From: Candidatus Hadarchaeota archaeon
GTDB lineage: Archaea; CAYQAE01; CAYVLA01
DNA length: 64,000 bases
NCBI GenBank assembly: GCA_964621445.1
Contig: CAZUNO010000002.1
Coordinates: 1 to 64,000, forward strand
Reading direction: 5' to 3'
The translations under genes were made by a program, and so were the position numbers. Below, one piece after another: positions 19,975 to 29,303 of the stretch (position 1 is its first letter; each line of letters opens with the position of its first letter). Under the pieces are notes generated by a model. That model was given only the letters and a program-made list of their open reading frames with translations. It searched no databases and had not been told where the DNA came from.

Positions 19975-20814
19975 ATGAGTGATGACATAACCAGGATCAT
20001 GGTCGTTGGGCTGAAGGAGGTGGACGCCGGCAAGACCACAGTATCCAGGGCCGCTTTGTCGCTGATGCGAGAAAGGGGATTGAATGCCTGCGGTTTCAAG
20101 CCCAAGGCAGGGAATAATATCTGGTACGATTTCGATGTCGTGGACGAAGCCCTTTCCCAGGGTAGGCTATTCGGCAAGGATTCCAAGCTTCTATGTAGGG
20201 CCTCCGGGACCGACCTACCGGAGGAAGCCATTAGCCCCTTCCACCGGCTGCTCGGTGTACCCCCGGAACATCGTACAAATGGTATTCCGGAGTCATTATA
20301 CTTCATAGCCGATAGGGTCACCGCGTGGGAGGACGACCAGGAGCAAACACTGGTCCTGAACCGCATGTTTGACCTGGACATGGAAACCAATTCCCTTCTC
20401 TCCAAAGTCAAGCGTAATAGCGACACCAGGATTGAAGTTGGGTCATCGGAGAAGCTAAATGAGGTGTTCATAAACCGATACCTAAGGGCCATCGAATCCG
20501 CACATGAACTGGTATATGCCGAGAGCGATGCCATGGTCTACGAAAGTTATGCTGACGTGGCCTTGCCCTGGTCCGGAATAGATAACCTCGATATGGTTCT
20601 CGGCGTGGAACCGGGATTTATCCTGGAATACGACCCGGAAAAATATCTTCAGGCAGCAAGGATGTACTCTAATTTTCTAAACGAAGGCACCACCCGGCGC
20701 ATAATTAAGCTTCTGAAGCCACGCCGTAAAGCGACATTTCCCCCTTCCACCACAGATAGAAATGTTGAAACCGCAAAGGAAATTCTCAACGATGGCTGGT
20801 CGCTAGGCGAATAG
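19975..20814 (+). CDS. archaeal P-loop ATPase/GTPase (dethiobiotin-synthetase-like fold)
   Basis: DAGKTT, FKPKAGNNIWYD, GRLFGKD, VYESY..ALP. Confidence 0.75.
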   Translation: MSDDITRIMVVGLKEVDAGKTTVSRAALSLMRERGLNACGFKPKAGNNIWYDFDVVDEALSQGRLFGKDSKLLCRASGTDLPEEAISPFHRLLGVPPEHRTNGIPESLYFIADRVTAWEDDQEQTLVLNRMFDLDMETNSLLSKVKRNSDTRIEVGSSEKLNEVFINRYLRAIESAHELVYAESDAMVYESYADVALPWSGIDNLDMVLGVEPGFILEYDPEKYLQAARMYSNFLNEGTTRRIIKLLKPRRKATFPPSTTDRNVETAKEILNDGWSLGE

Positions 20815-20942
20815 GGAATCTCCACCCTTAACCTTGCCTAAAAATATAAAACCCTCTCAGGGCAGCCAGCGTGCCAACAGTTTAATTATTCCCCGGCCAA
20901 ACGGGTTTCGTTGTCCATCTGGAAACCCGAGGAAGATATTCC

Positions 20943-22337
20943 ATGACTGATGAAAGATTCGTACGGCCAGAAGGCCCCAACATATTGATGGTTATGTCCG
21001 ACCAACATAGAGGGGATTGGCTGGGCTGTGCGGGAGCGAGTTGGCTCAAGACTCCAAATATAGATGCTCTTGCCAAGAGAGGCGCCCACTTTCGCAATGC
21101 CGCCTGCAACTCTCCACTATGTGCCCCAAGTAGAGCCTCTCTCGCCAGCGGGCTACGCTGCAGCAACGTAGGGGTCTATCTAAATTCCCACCTTTACCCT
21201 CTTTCAACCCCCACATACTACCAGGTTCTCCGGCAAGGAGGGTATCGAGTGGGATGCGTGGGCAAGACCGACCTCCATAAGCGAGACCACTGGGAAGGGG
21301 TGAATGGTGACCGCCCGATTATGTATCACCTGGGCTTTACAGATCCCATGGAAACCGAGGGAAAGGGCAGCGCATCTAGATATGCCCCCAAGGGAGTATG
21401 CCCATATACCAACTATCTCCTGAAGAGGGGGTTGGCGGAAAAATTCAACGAGGATTACAACAAGACCAGAAACACACAATGGTACAGCGCGGATTCAGTG
21501 CTGCCCCTTGAGGCTTATCACGACCACTTCGTTGGCCGCAACGCGTGTAAATTCCTGGAAAATGTAAATACCGAGTCCCCCTGGCACTATTTCGTCAGCT
21601 TTGTTGGTCCACACAGCCCCTGGGATGCCCCCAGTGAATACGCGGAGAAGTTCGACCCCGAGGACATGCCCGTTGAAAAGGCCGTACGTGATGACTGTAC
21701 CGGGAAGCCGGAGAATGTCAAGAGGCGCCATGAAAAGGGGAGCAGAGGCCTAACCGACGAAAGACTGGCCGGTGCCTGGCAGCAATACGCGGGAATGATA
21801 AATCTCATAGACGATTTCATGGGTAGGTTCGTGGATATTCTGAAAGACCGGGGGATGTATGACAATACGGTCATCATATATTGCTCCGATCATGGGGAGA
21901 TGATGGGTGATCACGGGATATTCCACAAGACGGTATTTTACGAGGGCGCCTTGAGAATCCCCCTGGTGATTGCTGGGCCGGGAATAAAATCCATCGGAAC
22001 CAGCGATGCCCTGGTGGAACTCGCGGATATGGCCCCCACCATCCTGGAAATGGCCGGGCTGGAAGCCACCTTCCCAATGGATGCCAGATCGCTTGTACCA
22101 GTGCTCCGGGGCGATAGAAAGGAATTCCGAGAAAAACAGATCAGTGAAGTCGGCTGCTCCAAGATGCTTTACGATGGCCGGTACAAATACATGGAGCATT
22201 CCAGGGACCTCGACGAACTATACGACCTGGAGAATGACCCCCAGGAGCTCGAAAACTTGGTCCAGAGCAACGAGGAGAAGGCAAATGATATGAGCTCCCG
22301 GCTAAGGGGAGGGCTTCGAGCCCCTGCTCCTGGCTGA
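20943..22337 (+). CDS. Cys-type sulfatase (choline-sulfatase-like S1)
   Basis: PNILMVMSDQHR, CAPSRAS, SDHGEMMGDHG, ELYDLENDPQE. Confidence 0.92.
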   Translation: MTDERFVRPEGPNILMVMSDQHRGDWLGCAGASWLKTPNIDALAKRGAHFRNAACNSPLCAPSRASLASGLRCSNVGVYLNSHLYPLSTPTYYQVLRQGGYRVGCVGKTDLHKRDHWEGVNGDRPIMYHLGFTDPMETEGKGSASRYAPKGVCPYTNYLLKRGLAEKFNEDYNKTRNTQWYSADSVLPLEAYHDHFVGRNACKFLENVNTESPWHYFVSFVGPHSPWDAPSEYAEKFDPEDMPVEKAVRDDCTGKPENVKRRHEKGSRGLTDERLAGAWQQYAGMINLIDDFMGRFVDILKDRGMYDNTVIIYCSDHGEMMGDHGIFHKTVFYEGALRIPLVIAGPGIKSIGTSDALVELADMAPTILEMAGLEATFPMDARSLVPVLRGDRKEFREKQISEVGCSKMLYDGRYKYMEHSRDLDELYDLENDPQELENLVQSNEEKANDMSSRLRGGLRAPAPG

Positions 22338-22405
22338 GGGGAGAGATTCGAGGCCCTTGAAGGAAACAAAGTTATTCAACGGTTTGACTTCTGAACCGTG
22401 GTAAA

Positions 22406-22690
22406 ATGGGATATGCAGCTGGTGCTTCAGCCGGGGCGGTAGCGGCCGCCGAAGCAAAAAAAGCGTTAATAGGTGGGTTGCTAGTTGAGGTTGAACCCCA
22501 GGTATTCACCAACCTGGCCTCCGAGAACAAGGAACAAACCTGCGTCACCGGTGAGGTGGGCACAATACGCAAAAAGAAAGTATACGCATTCTCAATCAAT
22601 GGCCTGGTAATAATGACCAAGAGTGATGAGGACCTGCCGCTATCCAACAAGATGATCAGGGCAGGAAAGATCTCGATACCCTCCCTGTGA
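22406..22690 (+). CDS. conserved hypothetical protein
   Basis: Ala/Gly-rich N-terminus followed by VEVEPxxF; fits the gene layout. Confidence 0.6.
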   Translation: MGYAAGASAGAVAAAEAKKALIGGLLVEVEPQVFTNLASENKEQTCVTGEVGTIRKKKVYAFSINGLVIMTKSDEDLPLSNKMIRAGKISIPSL

Positions 22691-22779
22691 TATAGTTCCC
22701 TTTTCCCACCCTTACCTTAATCAATTCGGGCCACCCCGGTTTCTCTAGCGAAGGTGTTAATCTGAAATCCTACCGGGAA

Positions 22780-24258
22780 ATGTTCGCTGACGAAATCGAG
22801 AAGATTGAGGGACAGAATCGTATTCTGCTGATGACCTTACCCTCAATAGTTAACGTCGGAGAGGTGATGGATCTTAGGCTGGTAATGACCGATGCCTCCG
22901 GTATGCCCCACGAGAATTTTACCGGGAAGGTTGATCTCAAGCCCTCCTCGAACGGCCTTGAGGTCCCTGAATCCGTGGAGTTCACCGAAGCTGACAATGC
23001 CATTAAATCCGTGCCTGGTGTAAGGATTACCGAGCCAGGAGTACATTTCGTAGAGGGTTATGTTGAGGGTTCTCCCAGCAAACCTCAGGTGAGCAATCCC
23101 GTAAAAGCGGAGGAGGAAGTTGACCAGAGATTATACTGGGGAGACATACATGTCCATTCCGTTCTCGGAACCTGCCATGCAGATTATTCCAAGACACCAG
23201 AGTTCGGGTATTGGTTCGCCAAGGAGGTGTCCGACCTCGACTTCTCCGCGGTTACCGATCATCTTAGGGGGATAACCGATGAGAAATGGGAGAAGCTGAA
23301 AAAGCTAACAAGGGAGGAAACAGAACCTGGCGAGTTCGTAGTTTTCCTCGCCTTCGAGTCCTCACACTCCAAGGATCACGGTGGAGACATCAATGTCTAC
23401 TACCTGGAGGACGAGGCAGATTACTTCTGGCTCGACAGGGAAGATATGAAGGGAAACAACCCCAAGGTTGGTCTCGATGTGCTCTGGGATTGGCTCGATG
23501 AACAGGGTGTCCCCTATATTTCCATACCCCATCACACGGGAAGGGCCGGCAAGTTCCGGGACTTTGAATTGCCCTATTATGATGAGGAGAACGAGACCCT
23601 GCTGGAGATATTCTCAATGTGGGGCTCCTCTGAAGGAAGGCACGACGACTTCTACCTTAAAGGCGGGAAGACCGACAGCAAGGCATATCTCAGGGATGCA
23701 CTTAAGCTTGGTTACAAATACGGAGTAATAGGTTCCAGTGACACCCACTTCACCATGCCGGGCACTCCATGTTCCCAGCTACCAAGACCATATACCCATC
23801 CCCAGAACAAGATGGTTAACCAGGGATTGGCGGCGGTATATGCAAGCGAGCTAAACAGAAAGGCCCTATTTGATTCCATGATCAATAGGAACTGTTTCGC
23901 CACGACCTCCACCAGGCCCATCCTCAAATTCTGGGTTGACGGCATTCCCATGGGACAAACGAAAACCGTCAGCCAAGGCCAGGTAGGAGCGAGAGATATA
24001 CGAATCGAGCTTTGCACCAGTGTTCTCTCACCGCAGGTTGAGCTATTCTGCAATAACAAGGTGATAGACAGGCGAAAGGCCGGTGAAAACCACACCATAA
24101 TCAACCTCCAGGACGAACGCGATCCCAGCTCGCTTTGGATCAAGGGATCCCCAAAGAATCCGAATCCCTTCTTCTACTACTACGTGAGGGTCAATTATCA
24201 CGGATGCTATGACGGCATTACAGCCTGGTCCAGTCCAATATGGGTTGAGGCCCATTAG
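22780..24258 (+). CDS. DUF3604/PHP-like metallohydrolase
   Basis: YWGDIHVHS, AVTDH, IPHH, EIFSMWG, GSSDTH, AWSSPIW. Confidence 0.85.
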   Translation: MFADEIEKIEGQNRILLMTLPSIVNVGEVMDLRLVMTDASGMPHENFTGKVDLKPSSNGLEVPESVEFTEADNAIKSVPGVRITEPGVHFVEGYVEGSPSKPQVSNPVKAEEEVDQRLYWGDIHVHSVLGTCHADYSKTPEFGYWFAKEVSDLDFSAVTDHLRGITDEKWEKLKKLTREETEPGEFVVFLAFESSHSKDHGGDINVYYLEDEADYFWLDREDMKGNNPKVGLDVLWDWLDEQGVPYISIPHHTGRAGKFRDFELPYYDEENETLLEIFSMWGSSEGRHDDFYLKGGKTDSKAYLRDALKLGYKYGVIGSSDTHFTMPGTPCSQLPRPYTHPQNKMVNQGLAAVYASELNRKALFDSMINRNCFATTSTRPILKFWVDGIPMGQTKTVSQGQVGARDIRIELCTSVLSPQVELFCNNKVIDRRKAGENHTIINLQDERDPSSLWIKGSPKNPNPFFYYYVRVNYHGCYDGITAWSSPIWVEAH

Positions 24259-24264
24259 AATAGG

Positions 24265-25143
24265 TTAATGGACCTGACAACTGCATTCATCAAGCAGCCT
24301 TTCCATGGCCTTCAAAGATGATCTGATTTGGTTTGGGCTACCCGGGAAGTCGGAGGAACCTTCTATCTCGCCCATTAAGACCCCTCCATATTGTACCTCA
24401 CACAGAGCGGAGGCTAAGCCCTCCCAGTCAATGATGCCCGAGAATGGCGGAATATGGTCTCTTTCCCCGTCGTAATCATGTATATGGGTTGTTCCAAGGT
24501 GGTCACCGAGCGCCCTAACCATTTGGGAGGGAGAATTGCCAATTCTCTGGCAGTGCCCGACGTCCAGGCAGACGCAGACATGTTCTGGATCGGTTTCCTC
24601 TATGATCCTAATTAGGTCCTGGACACTTGAACCATGGCCATCCCGCCAACCGTTTTCCAACGCAATTTTGACCCCCAAATCGGATGCCATTTTCGCTAGA
24701 GGTCGAAGAGATTCCCTACTCTTTTCACCGATCCTGGATTCATAACCTTCCGGTATCGATTCAAGGTTCCCAATGTGGACCACCAGAAACCGAGCACCTA
24801 TTCGGGAGCATACACTCAGCATTACCCCCGTTTTCTCCACGGCGAGCATTCTCTCCCGGTCATCGGGCTCGCAGAGACAGTATTCAGGAGCATGAACTTG
24901 AACAATCCCCACATCTAAGGAGGACGCGATTTCCAAAATCTCCTTCAGGGGAATATCCTCCTCCCGGAGACGGAGTGCATTCCTTTCAGCGAGGTAATCC
25001 TTCTTAAGCCGGCTATCGCGGGAGGACATGATGAAATTAAAAGTAGCCAGCTCCACCCTGGACACGCCCTGTCTTGAAATCAGAGGCAACGCATCCTCTA
25101 GTCTTACACGTGGACAAATGCAGGTTGAAAGCCCAACTTCCAT
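24265..25143 (-). CDS. sugar phosphate isomerase/epimerase (AP endonuclease 2 TIM barrel)
   Basis: VHAP, ALEN, LDVGH, THIHD, DHIPPFSG. Confidence 0.88.
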   Translation of the reverse strand: MEVGLSTCICPRVRLEDALPLISRQGVSRVELATFNFIMSSRDSRLKKDYLAERNALRLREEDIPLKEILEIASSLDVGIVQVHAPEYCLCEPDDRERMLAVEKTGVMLSVCSRIGARFLVVHIGNLESIPEGYESRIGEKSRESLRPLAKMASDLGVKIALENGWRDGHGSSVQDLIRIIEETDPEHVCVCLDVGHCQRIGNSPSQMVRALGDHLGTTHIHDYDGERDHIPPFSGIIDWEGLASALCEVQYGGVLMGEIEGSSDFPGSPNQIRSSLKAMERLLDECSCQVH

Positions 25144-25236
25144 AGCCTCACCATGATACCAAGCAAATAAAATGAGTTCCTGTCAATGATAACCAGTCCG
25201 CTACACTTTTAGGCACCCGTCAACATCCTGACATGG

Positions 25237-26658
25237 ATGGATATGAAACCCAACATAATGATCCTGGTTTCGGACACGCTGAGATGGGATGCCCTGGGCA
25301 TCAATGGTGGCCCCGGATGGCTCGATGTCAAGACCCCCGAGCTTGATGAATTTGCCCGGAATTCCATTCGCTTCGACGGGGCAAGAACCTCAAGCTTCCC
25401 AACCATACCGATGAGAACGGATTGTTTCGCCGGTATCTTCAGCCATCCTCGCTACGGTTGGCAAACACTTGAACCATCCCTCATCACACTACCAGGTATA
25501 TTCAAGAATGCTGGCTACAACACGCAGCTTCTTGCCGACACCACACACCTTCTTCGATCCAACTTCTTCAAGCCCTTTGATCACTTTGATTTCCTGCGGG
25601 GCCACGAGGGCGACGCTCCTTTAGCCCGCACCAATGAACCAATTCCCAGAATTGTTGATGATCTCGAAAAGACCAGGGTCGAGCGCGGGAACACATCGGG
25701 CGGGCCAACCATAGGGGAAATACATGCTCATCAAAATGCCTGGTGGAGATATGAGTCGGACAGGCTTAACAGCAGATTGGCCGAGAAGACGTGTCAATGG
25801 TTGGAGGACAACTGGCGAGGGGATCCCTTCTTCCTTTGGGTGGACTTCTTCGATGTGCATGAGCCCTGGGATCCCCCTGAATACCTTTGGCGCATGTACC
25901 AACCGGACTATGATGGAACGCCAATGATACACCCAAACTATCATAGCGCCGATGCATACCAAAAGGAGGAACTGGCCAACCTCAGGGCCCACTACGCCGG
26001 GGAGGTGACCATGGATAGCAAGAACATAGGGAAGGTGCTGCGTATGACCCGGGATATGGGGCTAATGGAAAACACCATAATAGTACTTCTATCCGATCAC
26101 GGCATTTACATCGGTGAGAGAGGTAGAACCGGCAAAAGTCTCATTAAGCCCAGCATTTTCGATGCCTTTCCCCATCACACCGAGCTCGCCCATTTGGTCT
26201 GGGTCATGCGGGTGCCGGGGAAGGAACCAGGTAGCCTTGATGAAATAGTCCAGCCCCCCGACCTGATGCCCACGGTGCTGGATCTTTGCGGGATGAAGAT
26301 ACCGGAACAGGTCGAGGGAAGAAGCCTGGTTCCCTTCATGGAGGGAAATAGACCTGAGGAACGTGATGTAGCAATTTCGACATGGACGATGCCAACCCAC
26401 CACTCGGACGATATGGTTTACTGCAGGCGTCCTGCGGTTACCGATGGGGAATGGACACTAGTCCTCCAGGAACCACCTGATCCCCGCCCATCCAGGCTAT
26501 ACCACGTATCCGAGGACCCGAAGGAGAAGGTAGATCTATTAGGGGAAAGACCGGAGATCGCCAAAAGCCTCCACTCAAGGATGCTGAATTGGTTGCGGGA
26601 CATGGGAACGCCACCCTCAGCAATCGACAGGCTCTCTCACATACAGGACATACCCTAG
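25237..26658 (+). CDS. sulfatase-superfamily hydrolase with TxPxR nucleophile motif
   Basis: PNIMILVSDTLR, FPTIPMRT, DFFDVHEPWDPP, SDHG, LYHxxEDPxE. Confidence 0.85.
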   Translation: MDMKPNIMILVSDTLRWDALGINGGPGWLDVKTPELDEFARNSIRFDGARTSSFPTIPMRTDCFAGIFSHPRYGWQTLEPSLITLPGIFKNAGYNTQLLADTTHLLRSNFFKPFDHFDFLRGHEGDAPLARTNEPIPRIVDDLEKTRVERGNTSGGPTIGEIHAHQNAWWRYESDRLNSRLAEKTCQWLEDNWRGDPFFLWVDFFDVHEPWDPPEYLWRMYQPDYDGTPMIHPNYHSADAYQKEELANLRAHYAGEVTMDSKNIGKVLRMTRDMGLMENTIIVLLSDHGIYIGERGRTGKSLIKPSIFDAFPHHTELAHLVWVMRVPGKEPGSLDEIVQPPDLMPTVLDLCGMKIPEQVEGRSLVPFMEGNRPEERDVAISTWTMPTHHSDDMVYCRRPAVTDGEWTLVLQEPPDPRPSRLYHVSEDPKEKVDLLGERPEIAKSLHSRMLNWLRDMGTPPSAIDRLSHIQDIP

Positions 26659-26662
26659 TTGA

Positions 26663-26983
26663 TCACCGGGAATTCCGTTTGGCTTTCTCGAAACGCCCGT
26701 GTATCTCGTTACGGATCTCCCCATCCCTGACCGCGAGTGGTCCCCTGTAACCGCACTCCTTACAGTTCCACATATCTATCAGCCCCGGAATGACAAGGGA
26801 TATCTTGGTGGAGCCGCAGCGAGGGCAGAACAATATTCCCTCCTCCGCGGCCTTGGAGGTCTCCCTTCGCAGCCATTCCCTTTCGCACTTGACCGAACAG
26901 AATACGTCATCGTCCTCGATGGCCTTACCGCAGTTTACGCATCTGGCCTCTTCACCCTCACTTTCGCCCTTTTTCGAATTCAT
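26663..26983 (-). CDS. small zinc-ribbon protein
   Basis: CVNCG..FCSVKC (DUF2116-like) and CPRCGS..CKECG. Confidence 0.75.
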   Translation of the reverse strand: MNSKKGESEGEEARCVNCGKAIEDDDVFCSVKCEREWLRRETSKAAEEGILFCPRCGSTKISLVIPGLIDMWNCKECGYRGPLAVRDGEIRNEIHGRFEKAKRNSR

Positions 26984-27087
26984 CCCCGTTCGCCCCCCGC
27001 TGGGTATGTAAAGGTGATAAATATACTTGAAAATGTGGTTAATCGCCTGACCCAAACAGATAATGGCGGCAAAGAAAAACCCGAGAT

Positions 27088-27867
27088 ATGGACCTAAGGA
27101 AATATGGATGGATCTGGGAAGGCCAGGGACTGGACCCTGGGGTCAAACCCTCCATATTTGGCGTTGGGGAGGGCGCGGAATACTTCGGAATAGACAGGGT
27201 CTGCTACATGTTCCATCCCAACGACGAATTGGCCATGACCAAACTCAGGGATTTCGAGGAGGTCATTTGCGACATATCAAAGTGGAAGTGGAAGCAAACC
27301 GATGATGGAGGAGCAGCCAACTGGGTCGATTCCTCACCCCAATCTGTAAGGAAGGAGGCAAGAAAGGTAGGGCATCTTTCAACCAAGTTCACTAACATAT
27401 CGGGGGCTTTGCATGATGATATGAGAGGGCTCATGGAACGGGAAGGATATCGACCGGAGGACTATCAGGATATCTACAAGGCCCTGAAGAGCGAGAATGA
27501 CGAAATCAAGCTCTGGGCTGTTGTATACTCCCACGAGCTGGATGAAGATTGGGGGGACTATGAACCATTCATCGACGTGGTTAACCTCTGGGTCTGGAAT
27601 GCAAGGGATATTCCAAAACTTCAGGACTACATACGAAAGGCCAAGAGGGTCTTCCCGGACAGAGAAATTGTGGTAGGCTGCTATCTCAGAAATTACCCAA
27701 AAGAAGCACCGGTGCCTATGAACATGTTAAGGAAACAATGGAATGCTGTAGGCCGTAATCTGAAAACGGGGGAGATTGATGGATACTCCATTCTAGGAAC
27801 GGTGCTTATAGATGGCCACCAGGAGCAGGCTAACTGGATACGCGAATTTATTTCAAGGCCCTACTAA
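27088..27867 (+). CDS. hypothetical protein (possible TIM barrel)
   Basis: Long ORF with GALHDD and IDVVNLWVW. Confidence 0.7.
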   Translation: MDLRKYGWIWEGQGLDPGVKPSIFGVGEGAEYFGIDRVCYMFHPNDELAMTKLRDFEEVICDISKWKWKQTDDGGAANWVDSSPQSVRKEARKVGHLSTKFTNISGALHDDMRGLMEREGYRPEDYQDIYKALKSENDEIKLWAVVYSHELDEDWGDYEPFIDVVNLWVWNARDIPKLQDYIRKAKRVFPDREIVVGCYLRNYPKEAPVPMNMLRKQWNAVGRNLKTGEIDGYSILGTVLIDGHQEQANWIREFISRPY

Positions 27868-28109
27868 CACTCGCCGTGGCAACCGACGCATATTGCAGTC
27901 TGGGTTTCCATCACGCCACTGATCTCGTGTATCCGCTCGGCGACCAATGGACCGATGTCCCCCACTTCATCAACCTCAAAATGTACCACGACGTCGAAAA
28001 GGCCCGTCACCGCACACGATGAGGTGACATTCTCTATCTCCGATACCTCGCTGGCTACCCTCAAGGATTGACCCAAGTCAGCCGTCAGGAAAATATACCC
28101 GCAAACCAT
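27864..28109 (-). CDS. stand-alone Lrp/AsnC ligand-binding (RAM) domain protein
   Basis: VTGLFDVVV..IHEISGVMETQT; no HTH domain. Confidence 0.85.
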   Translation of the reverse strand: MVCGYIFLTADLGQSLRVASEVSEIENVTSSCAVTGLFDVVVHFEVDEVGDIGPLVAERIHEISGVMETQTAICVGCHGEC

Positions 28110-28176
28110 GGTTTATCCCGGATCATATTATACCAAAAGGTCTTATATAGATTCTGGAAAAAAGGGGACGGTAAAA

Positions 28177-28284
28177 GAGACCCCAAGGCGAAACAGGTTG
28201 AGAGGTTAGACCGTAGTTGAGAATCCCCTATTTCCCCTTTCCTGTGTCCATTTTGGAAGCCGACCGCGAATTCCTTGGGGTCTC
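28177..28284 (-). ncRNA. putative structured small RNA or cis-regulatory leader (no known family recognised)
   Basis: Perfect 12-bp terminal stem GAGACCCCAAGG/CCTTGGGGTCTC; internal helices; TATA 22-29 nt upstream; U-tracts downstream. Confidence 0.5.
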
Positions 28285-28305
28285 GCAATTAAGGTAATTG
28301 TTACG

Positions 28306-28322
28306 TAAATATAGTGATTTTG
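28306..28322 (-). promoter_or_regulatory. BRE/TATA-like promoter for the putative sRNA
   Basis: CAAAATCACTATATTTA on the minus strand, centred about 26 nt upstream of 28284. Confidence 0.4.
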
Positions 28323-28521
28323 TAGAAAGCGGATGTTACCCCAACGTTGACCCTCTGATACAAGTAACCCACAACGCCTTAGCATATCAAACGGTAAAGG
28401 CTTGAGCCCAACGATCGTTATGATAATTTTTCTTTCAGGGTGAAAGGACTTAACAATATGAGAATTAAATCCCAGAACGCCAACCGGGTATACCGGGGCA
28501 GGCAATAGAGGAGATGATCTG

Positions 28522-29268
28522 GTGGATAGAATACCTATAGGTTTACAGCTCTACACGGTGCGGGACCAATGCGAGAAGGATTTCGTTGGAACCCTTGAAC
28601 AAGTGGCCGAGATCGGGTTTGAGGGAGTCGAACTCGCGGGACTATACTCTCACTCTCCAGGGGAGGTCAGGGACATGCTTACCGACCTGGACCTGGAGAT
28701 AGTTGGGAACCATATGTCTGGAGAGAGAGACCTGGACAAAATAATCGACGTAAACCAGGAACTAGGGTGCGATCTGGTCTGGGGTCCTTGCATCCCGGAA
28801 GGAGGATTTCCGGAGAACGAGAAGGAATGTGAGGAAATGGTGGAGTACGCAAATGGCGTGGGCCGCGAGCTCAAGAAAGCCGGCATACAGCTTTATTACC
28901 ATAACCACTCCAAGGAATTTAACCAGGTCGGGGGAAGGTACATCATGGACTGGTTGCTTCAGGACGTGGACCCCGATAACCTAGTGGCCGAAATAGACGT
29001 TATGTGGGTACAGTACGCCGGCGTCGACCCAGCTCCCTATATCCGCCAGTACCCCGGCCGGGTTCCCCTGACCCACATAAAGGACATGGACCAGGAGCGA
29101 GAATTCACGCCTGTCGGTCAAGGCGTTCTGGACTTCGATCCTATATTTGATGCCTGCCAAGAGGTTGGGACTGAGTGGTACATAGTGGAACAGGACAGAT
29201 GCGAGATGCCCTCCATCGAAAGCGCGAGGATAAGCTTCGATTTCTTCAAAGAGAAGGGAATGGTATAG
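28522..29268 (+). CDS. sugar phosphate isomerase/epimerase (IolE/MocC-like TIM barrel)
   Basis: GLQLYTVR, YHNHxxEF, EIDVMW, HIKD, IVEQD. Confidence 0.9.
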   Translation: MDRIPIGLQLYTVRDQCEKDFVGTLEQVAEIGFEGVELAGLYSHSPGEVRDMLTDLDLEIVGNHMSGERDLDKIIDVNQELGCDLVWGPCIPEGGFPENEKECEEMVEYANGVGRELKKAGIQLYYHNHSKEFNQVGGRYIMDWLLQDVDPDNLVAEIDVMWVQYAGVDPAPYIRQYPGRVPLTHIKDMDQEREFTPVGQGVLDFDPIFDACQEVGTEWYIVEQDRCEMPSIESARISFDFFKEKGMV

Positions 29269-29303
29269 ACCGAGGTCCGTTTGACCGATCGCGGGGGTAA
29301 CAA

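Noticed and set aside
28155-28260. ORB-like sequences (TGGAAAAAAGGGG; TTCCAAAATGGA..AAAGGGG) suggesting a replication origin
   Set aside because: Poor match to the full ORB consensus, no AT-rich unwinding element between them and no cdc6/orc1 gene nearby
28177-28284. MITE interpretation of the 12-bp inverted repeat
   Set aside because: No target-site duplication, no second copy and no transposase in the window; not fully excluded
28085-28505. Short minus-strand ORFs (67 and 99 aa) over the intergenic element
   Set aside because: No recognisable motifs, they overlap the Lrp gene start or each other, and the nucleotide structure explains the region better
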